From NCBI GenBank assembly GCA_043228905.1, contig JBHGNT010000253.1, forward strand, positions 1 through 44,614: a DNA stretch of 44,614 nucleotides. Direction: 5' to 3'. The notes beneath the pieces were generated by a model. The model did no database searches and was not told where the DNA came from. It saw nothing but the letters and a program-made list of their open reading frames with translations. Position numbers and translations under genes: made by a program. This stretch comes from Azolla caroliniana. Lineage: Eukaryota > Plantae > Polypodiophyta. Positions 34,151-44,614 of this stretch are shown piece by piece (positions within the stretch are counted from its first letter, which is position 1; every line of letters begins with the position of its first letter).

Positions 34151-35273
34151 AGAACGTACATAACTTTTTCAACTATACACTTTCTGAACATCGTAAATGT
34201 AAATGGTGTGCTCTGTGTGGTGTCTTGACGTTCTCATAACCCTCTCAATCATATTTCTCCCACGCTCGCGCACAACATGCACGCACGCACGCACGATCAG
34301 GTCGCGTGCCCTCGCTCGCTCATTGCACAAGCAAAATGAAACTCCACGCACACATGATTAGGTAACGTGCCCACACGCACACTACCCACTCCCACCCTAC
34401 CTATATCTATCTCTATCCATCTATCGCTATCTCTCTCACGAGCAACGCGAAACTCGTCAAACGTCGATGCCATCACAATGTTGTATTGAAGCCACCCTCA
34501 TACAATGCCGTGTCTCGCCGTACCATGATGTGCGCAATAGTAGTGGCTGATCGTAACTCCTACTACAAACATGATTCCACATGAAATTCCCATGTCTATC
34601 TACCATTTTCATCATCGTGTGAACCAACCAACCCACGCATGTTTCACCTAGAAATGTTGTCCTTGAATGGTGCCACCTTCATATTCCTCCGGTGGTTGCA
34701 GCGTCCACAACGACGACGGATCTTGTAATCACAATGAAAACGCGTGTCGTCGTCCGTATGTTGGTCGCAATGGATTCTAAACCCCCTCGTGGCCACAACC
34801 ACCGATAACGTTTTCGTGGAGAGAACCAACACCCTAAAAACCTTTTCTCACCACCTTATCCTCGTTTTACGAGGCCCATACGCACTCTACAACCTCAATG
34901 GCATCACATGTGTAGGTGGCTATCATGAGGTTACATACTGTCTACGTTGCAATATGGACGAAGCGTCCATAGGTTAGTAGATTTGAAATGCCCAAGTGCA
35001 TAATCCCACTCCTGGTGTGATGGAGGTGAGTATAGGGCTAGTGATATGGTAGGTCGAAGCAGGAGGATCCTGGACACGTAAAGGGGGGTGGATAAAAGTG
35101 AATGGTCTCTTCCGTGGCCCAAGTATGGATCATGCCATTAACGTCTATAGGAATGGACGTGGGAAGGGACATGCATGTACTAGACATGCATGGCCTTGTG
35201 TATATAAGGGTGGATCAACCATGACACACTCAAATAGGCGGAGAGAGAACCGGGGTAGTTCCGAACACAAGCA

Positions 35274-36311
35274 ATGGCGAAGCTCACTATCATATTCCTC
35301 ATGGCGGTTATCATGCTAGCCGCCTGCGGCGCGGCCAATGCTAGATCTGTAGGACGGGATCGCGAAGAGGAGAGGCGCGATCGACGTAGGGAGGAGGATG
35401 TCGACGAGGAGAGGCGCAGCGGACGTCGTGAGGGATCCATCGATGAGGGGCGCTACAGAGACAACAAGAGAGAGTCGGATGAGGACCGGGATCGTCGCAG
35501 TCACGATCGCGATGAGCCACGTGAGGAGAGGCGCGATCGACGCAGGGAGGAGGATTTCGATGAGGAGAGGCGCGGGGGACGTCGCGAGGGGTCCATCGAG
35601 GAGGGGCGCTACGGAGACAACAAGAGAGAGTCCGAAGAGGAACGGGATCGTCGCGGTCGCGATCGTGATGAGTCACGTGACGAGAGGCGCGATCGACGCA
35701 GGGAGGAGGATGTCGAGCAGGAGAGGCGCGACCGACGTCGTGAAGGATCCCTCGATGAAGGACGTCGCAGAGACAACAAGAGAGAGTCCGAAGAGGAACG
35801 GGATCGTCGCGGCCGCGATCGCGATGAGCCACGAGACCGAGAGTTGAGGCAAGAGTGCCAAAACTTCGTCGATAGGCAGGTCCGCCACCTACAAGAACGT
35901 AATGAGAAGGAAGAACGTGGACGAAGCCGTCGCACCTCTTGGGATGAAATCAGCCGATATGCAAGGCCCTCCGAAAGATGCTGCAGGAACGTGGAACAAA
36001 TCCCCGTAGAAGAGCGTTGCAACCGCCTCCGCGAGGCCTTATACATTAGCGGAGAAGAGGCACGCAATGATGGTCACCGCCATAACCAAGTGTCAAGGGA
36101 ACGTCGTCAATGGGAAGAGGATGCCGAGCGAGAGAGAGACAGTAGCGAGCGCGAGGAGGACGAGCGCCGTTATCGCATGACCGGACGACAAGATGAGGAA
36201 CAACGTCGTCGTTTCAAGGCCGGTGAGGAGGAACAACTTCTAAGCGTGGCAACCTCTCGCCTTCTCCAACAATGTGATCTTCGCCCACGCGCTTGTATTC
36301 GCCACTTTTAA
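35274..36311 (+). CDS. 2S albumin-like Arg-rich storage protein, copy 17 (G59)
   Basis: 345-aa ORF, R59G. Confidence 0.9.
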   Translation: MAKLTIIFLMAVIMLAACGAANARSVGRDREEERRDRRREEDVDEERRSGRREGSIDEGRYRDNKRESDEDRDRRSHDRDEPREERRDRRREEDFDEERRGGRREGSIEEGRYGDNKRESEEERDRRGRDRDESRDERRDRRREEDVEQERRDRRREGSLDEGRRRDNKRESEEERDRRGRDRDEPRDRELRQECQNFVDRQVRHLQERNEKEERGRSRRTSWDEISRYARPSERCCRNVEQIPVEERCNRLREALYISGEEARNDGHRHNQVSRERRQWEEDAERERDSSEREEDERRYRMTGRQDEEQRRRFKAGEEEQLLSVATSRLLQQCDLRPRACIRHF

Positions 36312-37434
36312 AGAACGTACATAACTTTTTCAACTATACACTTTCTGAACATCGTAAATGTAAATGGTGTGCTCTGTGTGGTGTCTTGACGTTCTCATAA
36401 CCCTCTCAATCATATTTCTCCCACGCTCGCGCACAACATGCACGCACGCACGCACGATCAGGTCGCGTGCCCTCGCTCGCTCATTGCACAAGCAAAATGA
36501 AACTCCACGCACACATGATTAGGTAACGTGCCCACACGCACACTACCCACTCCCACCCTACCTATATCTATCTCTATCCATCTATCGCTATCTCTCTCAC
36601 GAGCAACGCGAAACTCGTCAAACGTCGATGCCATCACAATGTTGTATTGAAGCCACCCTCATACAATGCCGTGTCTCGCCGTACCATGATGTGCGCAATA
36701 GTAGTGGCTGATCGTAACTCCTACTACAAACATGATTCCACATGAAATTCCCATGTCTATCTACCATTTTCATCATCGTGTGAACCAACCAACCCACGCA
36801 TGTTTCACCTAGAAATGTTGTCCTTGAATGGTGCCACCTTCATATTCCTCCGGTGGTTGCAGCGTCCACAACGACGACGGATCTTGTAATCACAATGAAA
36901 ACGCGTGTCGTCGTCCGTATGTTGGTCGCAATGGATTCTAAACCCCCTCGTGGCCACAACCACCGATAACGTTTTCGTGGAGAGAACCAACACCCTAAAA
37001 ACCTTTTCTCACCACCTTATCCTCGTTTTACGAGGCCCATACGCACTCTACAACCTCAATGGCATCACATGTGTAGGTGGCTATCATGAGGTTACATACT
37101 GTCTACGTTGCAATATGGACGAAGCGTCCATAGGTTAGTAGATTTGAAATGCCCAAGTGCATAATCCCACTCCTGGTGTGATGGAGGTGAGTATAGGGCT
37201 AGTGATATGGTAGGTCGAAGCAGGAGGATCCTGGACACGTAAAGGGGGGTGGATAAAAGTGAATGGTCTCTTCCGTGGCCCAAGTATGGATCATGCCATT
37301 AACGTCTATAGGAATGGACGTGGGAAGGGACATGCATGTACTAGACATGCATGGCCTTGTGTATATAAGGGTGGATCAACCATGACACACTCAAATAGGC
37401 GGAGAGAGAACCGGGGTAGTTCCGAACACAAGCA

Positions 37435-38472
37435 ATGGCGAAGCTCACTATCATATTCCTCATGGCGGTTATCATGCTAGCCGCCTGCGGCGCGGCCAAT
37501 GCTAGATCTGTAGGACGGGATCGCGAAGAGGAGAGGCGCGATCGACGTAGGGAGGAGGATGTCGACGAGGAGAGGCGCAGCGGACGTCGTGAGGGATCCA
37601 TCGATGAGGGGCGCTACAGAGACAACAAGAGAGAGTCGGATGAGGACCGGGATCGTCGCAGTCACGATCGCGATGAGCCACGTGAGGAGAGGCGCGATCG
37701 ACGCAGGGAGGAGGATTTCGATGAGGAGAGGCGCGGGGGACGTCGCGAGGGGTCCATCGAGGAGGGGCGCTACGGAGACAACAAGAGAGAGTCCGAAGAG
37801 GAACGGGATCGTCGCGGTCGCGATCGTGATGAGTCACGTGACGAGAGGCGCGATCGACGCAGGGAGGAGGATGTCGAGCAGGAGAGGCGCGACCGACGTC
37901 GTGAAGGATCCCTCGATGAAGGACGTCGCAGAGACAACAAGAGAGAGTCCGAAGAGGAACGGGATCGTCGCGGCCGCGATCGCGATGAGCCACGAGACCG
38001 AGAGTTGAGGCAAGAGTGCCAAAACTTCGTCGATAGGCAGGTCCGCCACCTACAAGAACGTAATGAGAAGGAAGAACGTGGACGAAGCCGTCGCACCTCT
38101 TGGGATGAAATCAGCCGATATGCAAGGCCCTCCGAAAGATGCTGCAGGAACGTGGAACAAATCCCCGTAGAAGAGCGTTGCAACCGCCTCCGCGAGGCCT
38201 TATACATTAGCGGAGAAGAGGCACGCAATGATGGTCACCGCCATAACCAAGTGTCAAGGGAACGTCGTCAATGGGAAGAGGATGCCGAGCGAGAGAGAGA
38301 CAGTAGCGAGCGCGAGGAGGACGAGCGCCGTTATCGCATGACCGGACGACAAGATGAGGAACAACGTCGTCGTTTCAAGGCCGGTGAGGAGGAACAACTT
38401 CTAAGCGTGGCAACCTCTCGCCTTCTCCAACAATGTGATCTTCGCCCACGCGCTTGTATTCGCCACTTTTAA
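37435..38472 (+). CDS. 2S albumin-like Arg-rich storage protein, copy 18 (G59)
   Basis: 345-aa ORF, R59G. Confidence 0.9.
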   Translation: MAKLTIIFLMAVIMLAACGAANARSVGRDREEERRDRRREEDVDEERRSGRREGSIDEGRYRDNKRESDEDRDRRSHDRDEPREERRDRRREEDFDEERRGGRREGSIEEGRYGDNKRESEEERDRRGRDRDESRDERRDRRREEDVEQERRDRRREGSLDEGRRRDNKRESEEERDRRGRDRDEPRDRELRQECQNFVDRQVRHLQERNEKEERGRSRRTSWDEISRYARPSERCCRNVEQIPVEERCNRLREALYISGEEARNDGHRHNQVSRERRQWEEDAERERDSSEREEDERRYRMTGRQDEEQRRRFKAGEEEQLLSVATSRLLQQCDLRPRACIRHF

Positions 38473-39595
38473 AGAACGTACATAACTTTTTCAACTATAC
38501 ACTTTCTGAACATCGTAAATGTAAATGGTGTGCTCTGTGTGGTGTCTTGACGTTCTCATAACCCTCTCAATCATATTTCTCCCACGCTCGCGCACAACAT
38601 GCACGCACGCACGCACGATCAGGTCGCGTGCCCTCGCTCGCTCATTGCACAAGCAAAATGAAACTCCACGCACACATGATTAGGTAACGTGCCCACACGC
38701 ACACTACCCACTCCCACCCTACCTATATCTATCTCTATCCATCTATCGCTATCTCTCTCACGAGCAACGCGAAACTCGTCAAACGTCGATGCCATCACAA
38801 TGTTGTATTGAAGCCACCCTCATACAATGCCGTGTCTCGCCGTACCATGATGTGCGCAATAGTAGTGGCTGATCGTAACTCCTACTACAAACATGATTCC
38901 ACATGAAATTCCCATGTCTATCTACCATTTTCATCATCGTGTGAACCAACCAACCCACGCATGTTTCACCTAGAAATGTTGTCCTTGAATGGTGCCACCT
39001 TCATATTCCTCCGGTGGTTGCAGCGTCCACAACGACGACGGATCTTGTAATCACAATGAAAACGCGTGTCGTCGTCCGTATGTTGGTCGCAATGGATTCT
39101 AAACCCCCTCGTGGCCACAACCACCGATAACGTTTTCGTGGAGAGAACCAACACCCTAAAAACCTTTTCTCACCACCTTATCCTCGTTTTACGAGGCCCA
39201 TACGCACTCTACAACCTCAATGGCATCACATGTGTAGGTGGCTATCATGAGGTTACATACTGTCTACGTTGCAATATGGACGAAGCGTCCATAGGTTAGT
39301 AGATTTGAAATGCCCAAGTGCATAATCCCACTCCTGGTGTGATGGAGGTGAGTATAGGGCTAGTGATATGGTAGGTCGAAGCAGGAGGATCCTGGACACG
39401 TAAAGGGGGGTGGATAAAAGTGAATGGTCTCTTCCGTGGCCCAAGTATGGATCATGCCATTAACGTCTATAGGAATGGACGTGGGAAGGGACATGCATGT
39501 ACTAGACATGCATGGCCTTGTGTATATAAGGGTGGATCAACCATGACACACTCAAATAGGCGGAGAGAGAACCGGGGTAGTTCCGAACACAAGCA

Positions 39596-40633
39596 ATGGC
39601 GAAGCTCACTATCATATTCCTCATGGCGGTTATCATGCTAGCCGCCTGCGGCGCGGCCAATGCTAGATCTGTAGGACGGGATCGCGAAGAGGAGAGGCGC
39701 GATCGACGTAGGGAGGAGGATGTCGACGAGGAGAGGCGCAGCGGACGTCGTGAGGGATCCATCGATGAGGGGCGCTACAGAGACAACAAGAGAGAGTCGG
39801 ATGAGGACCGGGATCGTCGCAGTCACGATCGCGATGAGCCACGTGAGGAGAGGCGCGATCGACGCAGGGAGGAGGATTTCGATGAGGAGAGGCGCGGGGG
39901 ACGTCGCGAGGGGTCCATCGAGGAGGGGCGCTACGGAGACAACAAGAGAGAGTCCGAAGAGGAACGGGATCGTCGCGGTCGCGATCGTGATGAGTCACGT
40001 GACGAGAGGCGCGATCGACGCAGGGAGGAGGATGTCGAGCAGGAGAGGCGCGACCGACGTCGTGAAGGATCCCTCGATGAAGGACGTCGCAGAGACAACA
40101 AGAGAGAGTCCGAAGAGGAACGGGATCGTCGCGGCCGCGATCGCGATGAGCCACGAGACCGAGAGTTGAGGCAAGAGTGCCAAAACTTCGTCGATAGGCA
40201 GGTCCGCCACCTACAAGAACGTAATGAGAAGGAAGAACGTGGACGAAGCCGTCGCACCTCTTGGGATGAAATCAGCCGATATGCAAGGCCCTCCGAAAGA
40301 TGCTGCAGGAACGTGGAACAAATCCCCGTAGAAGAGCGTTGCAACCGCCTCCGCGAGGCCTTATACATTAGCGGAGAAGAGGCACGCAATGATGGTCACC
40401 GCCATAACCAAGTGTCAAGGGAACGTCGTCAATGGGAAGAGGATGCCGAGCGAGAGAGAGACAGTAGCGAGCGCGAGGAGGACGAGCGCCGTTATCGCAT
40501 GACCGGACGACAAGATGAGGAACAACGTCGTCGTTTCAAGGCCGGTGAGGAGGAACAACTTCTAAGCGTGGCAACCTCTCGCCTTCTCCAACAATGTGAT
40601 CTTCGCCCACGCGCTTGTATTCGCCACTTTTAA
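39596..40633 (+). CDS. 2S albumin-like Arg-rich storage protein, copy 19 (G59)
   Basis: 345-aa ORF, R59G. Confidence 0.9.
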   Translation: MAKLTIIFLMAVIMLAACGAANARSVGRDREEERRDRRREEDVDEERRSGRREGSIDEGRYRDNKRESDEDRDRRSHDRDEPREERRDRRREEDFDEERRGGRREGSIEEGRYGDNKRESEEERDRRGRDRDESRDERRDRRREEDVEQERRDRRREGSLDEGRRRDNKRESEEERDRRGRDRDEPRDRELRQECQNFVDRQVRHLQERNEKEERGRSRRTSWDEISRYARPSERCCRNVEQIPVEERCNRLREALYISGEEARNDGHRHNQVSRERRQWEEDAERERDSSEREEDERRYRMTGRQDEEQRRRFKAGEEEQLLSVATSRLLQQCDLRPRACIRHF

Positions 40634-41756
40634 AGAACGTACATAACTTTTTCAACTATACACTTTCTGAACATCGTAAATGTAAATGGTGTGCTCTGTG
40701 TGGTGTCTTGACGTTCTCATAACCCTCTCAATCATATTTCTCCCACGCTCGCGCACAACATGCACGCACGCACGCACGATCAGGTCGCGTGCCCTCGCTC
40801 GCTCATTGCACAAGCAAAATGAAACTCCACGCACACATGATTAGGTAACGTGCCCACACGCACACTACCCACTCCCACCCTACCTATATCTATCTCTATC
40901 CATCTATCGCTATCTCTCTCACGAGCAACGCGAAACTCGTCAAACGTCGATGCCATCACAATGTTGTATTGAAGCCACCCTCATACAATGCCGTGTCTCG
41001 CCGTACCATGATGTGCGCAATAGTAGTGGCTGATCGTAACTCCTACTACAAACATGATTCCACATGAAATTCCCATGTCTATCTACCATTTTCATCATCG
41101 TGTGAACCAACCAACCCACGCATGTTTCACCTAGAAATGTTGTCCTTGAATGGTGCCACCTTCATATTCCTCCGGTGGTTGCAGCGTCCACAACGACGAC
41201 GGATCTTGTAATCACAATGAAAACGCGTGTCGTCGTCCGTATGTTGGTCGCAATGGATTCTAAACCCCCTCGTGGCCACAACCACCGATAACGTTTTCGT
41301 GGAGAGAACCAACACCCTAAAAACCTTTTCTCACCACCTTATCCTCGTTTTACGAGGCCCATACGCACTCTACAACCTCAATGGCATCACATGTGTAGGT
41401 GGCTATCATGAGGTTACATACTGTCTACGTTGCAATATGGACGAAGCGTCCATAGGTTAGTAGATTTGAAATGCCCAAGTGCATAATCCCACTCCTGGTG
41501 TGATGGAGGTGAGTATAGGGCTAGTGATATGGTAGGTCGAAGCAGGAGGATCCTGGACACGTAAAGGGGGGTGGATAAAAGTGAATGGTCTCTTCCGTGG
41601 CCCAAGTATGGATCATGCCATTAACGTCTATAGGAATGGACGTGGGAAGGGACATGCATGTACTAGACATGCATGGCCTTGTGTATATAAGGGTGGATCA
41701 ACCATGACACACTCAAATAGGCGGAGAGAGAACCGGGGTAGTTCCGAACACAAGCA

Positions 41757-42794
41757 ATGGCGAAGCTCACTATCATATTCCTCATGGCGGTTATCATGCT
41801 AGCCGCCTGCGGCGCGGCCAATGCTAGATCTGTAGGACGGGATCGCGAAGAGGAGAGGCGCGATCGACGTAGGGAGGAGGATGTCGACGAGGAGAGGCGC
41901 AGCGGACGTCGTGAGGGATCCATCGATGAGGGGCGCTACAGAGACAACAAGAGAGAGTCGGATGAGGACCGGGATCGTCGCAGTCACGATCGCGATGAGC
42001 CACGTGAGGAGAGGCGCGATCGACGCAGGGAGGAGGATTTCGATGAGGAGAGGCGCGGGGGACGTCGCGAGGGGTCCATCGAGGAGGGGCGCTACGGAGA
42101 CAACAAGAGAGAGTCCGAAGAGGAACGGGATCGTCGCGGTCGCGATCGTGATGAGTCACGTGACGAGAGGCGCGATCGACGCAGGGAGGAGGATGTCGAG
42201 CAGGAGAGGCGCGACCGACGTCGTGAAGGATCCCTCGATGAAGGACGTCGCAGAGACAACAAGAGAGAGTCCGAAGAGGAACGGGATCGTCGCGGCCGCG
42301 ATCGCGATGAGCCACGAGACCGAGAGTTGAGGCAAGAGTGCCAAAACTTCGTCGATAGGCAGGTCCGCCACCTACAAGAACGTAATGAGAAGGAAGAACG
42401 TGGACGAAGCCGTCGCACCTCTTGGGATGAAATCAGCCGATATGCAAGGCCCTCCGAAAGATGCTGCAGGAACGTGGAACAAATCCCCGTAGAAGAGCGT
42501 TGCAACCGCCTCCGCGAGGCCTTATACATTAGCGGAGAAGAGGCACGCAATGATGGTCACCGCCATAACCAAGTGTCAAGGGAACGTCGTCAATGGGAAG
42601 AGGATGCCGAGCGAGAGAGAGACAGTAGCGAGCGCGAGGAGGACGAGCGCCGTTATCGCATGACCGGACGACAAGATGAGGAACAACGTCGTCGTTTCAA
42701 GGCCGGTGAGGAGGAACAACTTCTAAGCGTGGCAACCTCTCGCCTTCTCCAACAATGTGATCTTCGCCCACGCGCTTGTATTCGCCACTTTTAA
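41757..42794 (+). CDS. 2S albumin-like Arg-rich storage protein, copy 20 (G59)
   Basis: 345-aa ORF, R59G. Confidence 0.9.
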   Translation: MAKLTIIFLMAVIMLAACGAANARSVGRDREEERRDRRREEDVDEERRSGRREGSIDEGRYRDNKRESDEDRDRRSHDRDEPREERRDRRREEDFDEERRGGRREGSIEEGRYGDNKRESEEERDRRGRDRDESRDERRDRRREEDVEQERRDRRREGSLDEGRRRDNKRESEEERDRRGRDRDEPRDRELRQECQNFVDRQVRHLQERNEKEERGRSRRTSWDEISRYARPSERCCRNVEQIPVEERCNRLREALYISGEEARNDGHRHNQVSRERRQWEEDAERERDSSEREEDERRYRMTGRQDEEQRRRFKAGEEEQLLSVATSRLLQQCDLRPRACIRHF

Positions 42795-43917
42795 AGAACG
42801 TACATAACTTTTTCAACTATACACTTTCTGAACATCGTAAATGTAAATGGTGTGCTCTGTGTGGTGTCTTGACGTTCTCATAACCCTCTCAATCATATTT
42901 CTCCCACGCTCGCGCACAACATGCACGCACGCACGCACGATCAGGTCGCGTGCCCTCGCTCGCTCATTGCACAAGCAAAATGAAACTCCACGCACACATG
43001 ATTAGGTAACGTGCCCACACGCACACTACCCACTCCCACCCTACCTATATCTATCTCTATCCATCTATCGCTATCTCTCTCACGAGCAACGCGAAACTCG
43101 TCAAACGTCGATGCCATCACAATGTTGTATTGAAGCCACCCTCATACAATGCCGTGTCTCGCCGTACCATGATGTGCGCAATAGTAGTGGCTGATCGTAA
43201 CTCCTACTACAAACATGATTCCACATGAAATTCCCATGTCTATCTACCATTTTCATCATCGTGTGAACCAACCAACCCACGCATGTTTCACCTAGAAATG
43301 TTGTCCTTGAATGGTGCCACCTTCATATTCCTCCGGTGGTTGCAGCGTCCACAACGACGACGGATCTTGTAATCACAATGAAAACGCGTGTCGTCGTCCG
43401 TATGTTGGTCGCAATGGATTCTAAACCCCCTCGTGGCCACAACCACCGATAACGTTTTCGTGGAGAGAACCAACACCCTAAAAACCTTTTCTCACCACCT
43501 TATCCTCGTTTTACGAGGCCCATACGCACTCTACAACCTCAATGGCATCACATGTGTAGGTGGCTATCATGAGGTTACATACTGTCTACGTTGCAATATG
43601 GACGAAGCGTCCATAGGTTAGTAGATTTGAAATGCCCAAGTGCATAATCCCACTCCTGGTGTGATGGAGGTGAGTATAGGGCTAGTGATATGGTAGGTCG
43701 AAGCAGGAGGATCCTGGACACGTAAAGGGGGGTGGATAAAAGTGAATGGTCTCTTCCGTGGCCCAAGTATGGATCATGCCATTAACGTCTATAGGAATGG
43801 ACGTGGGAAGGGACATGCATGTACTAGACATGCATGGCCTTGTGTATATAAGGGTGGATCAACCATGACACACTCAAATAGGCGGAGAGAGAACCGGGGT
43901 AGTTCCGAACACAAGCA

Positions 43918-44614
43918 ATGGCGAAGCTCACTATCATATTCCTCATGGCGGTTATCATGCTAGCCGCCTGCGGCGCGGCCAATGCTAGATCTGTAGGACG
44001 GGATCGCGAAGAGGAGAGGCGCGATCGACGTAGGGAGGAGGATGTCGACGAGGAGAGGCGCAGCGGACGTCGTGAGGGATCCATCGATGAGGGGCGCTAC
44101 AGAGACAACAAGAGAGAGTCGGATGAGGACCGGGATCGTCGCAGTCACGATCGCGATGAGCCACGTGAGGAGAGGCGCGATCGACGCAGGGAGGAGGATT
44201 TCGATGAGGAGAGGCGCGGGGGACGTCGCGAGGGGTCCATCGAGGAGGGGCGCTACGGAGACAACAAGAGAGAGTCCGAAGAGGAACGGGATCGTCGCGG
44301 TCGCGATCGTGATGAGTCACGTGACGAGAGGCGCGATCGACGCAGGGAGGAGGATGTCGAGCAGGAGAGGCGCGACCGACGTCGTGAAGGATCCCTCGAT
44401 GAAGGACGTCGCAGAGACAACAAGAGAGAGTCCGAAGAGGAACGGGATCGTCGCGGCCGCGATCGCGATGAGCCACGAGACCGAGAGTTGAGGCAAGAGT
44501 GCCAAAACTTCGTCGATAGGCAGGTCCGCCACCTACAAGAACGTAATGAGAAGGAAGAACGTGGACGAAGCCGTCGCACCTCTTGGGATGAAATCAGCCG
44601 ATATGCAAGGCCCT
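43918..44614 (+). CDS. 2S albumin-like Arg-rich storage protein, copy 21 (G59), cut off by the window end
   Basis: ATG at 43918 (41757+2161); the frame stays open to the end of the window. Confidence 0.85.
   Translation, partial: MAKLTIIFLMAVIMLAACGAANARSVGRDREEERRDRRREEDVDEERRSGRREGSIDEGRYRDNKRESDEDRDRRSHDRDEPREERRDRRREEDFDEERRGGRREGSIEEGRYGDNKRESEEERDRRGRDRDESRDERRDRRREEDVEQERRDRRREGSLDEGRRRDNKRESEEERDRRGRDRDEPRDRELRQECQNFVDRQVRHLQERNEKEERGRSRRTSWDEISRYARP

Larger units (their letters stand above)
1..44614 (+). repeat. Head-to-tail tandem gene array, 2161-bp unit, about 20.6 copies, both ends outside the window
   Basis: ATGs at 820, 2981, 5117, 7278, 9439, 11600, 13761, 15922, 18083, 20244, 22405, 24566, 26682, 28825, 30959, 33113, 35274, 37435, 39596, 41757 and 43918. 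Spacing is exactly 2161 except where indels occur (2136, 2116, 2143, 2134, 2154). Coding and spacer DNA are nearly identical between units. Confidence 0.99.

Noticed and set aside
1-44614. Transgene concatemer, transposon array or CRISPR array
   Set aside because: I recognised no vector, marker or 35S/nos sequence, no transposase/RT, terminal repeats or target-site duplications, and no repeat-spacer structure with unique spacers.

Overview
The whole window is one head-to-tail tandem array of a 2161-bp unit (about 20.6 copies, running off both ends). Each unit carries one intronless + strand gene plus its own RNA polymerase II promoter. There are 21 gene starts: 17 intact ORFs, 3 frameshifted copies and 1 cut by the window edge. 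The 345-aa product has a signal peptide (about aa 1-23), a highly charged Arg/Glu/Asp domain of three 52-aa repeats each built from four 13-aa subunits, and a C-terminal prolamin-superfamily (2S albumin-like) domain with a 6-Cys skeleton (C195, C236-C237, C249, C334, C341). The promoter has a TATA box, two RY elements (CATGCATG) and ABRE/CE3 motifs, the established cis-module of land-plant seed/spore maturation genes. The best reading is a massively amplified, nearly homogeneous array of an unusual Arg-rich storage-protein gene in a land plant; the species cannot be determined from the sequence. A few SNPs sort the copies into contiguous haplotype blocks. Two indel-dense stretches look like unpolished long-read consensus.
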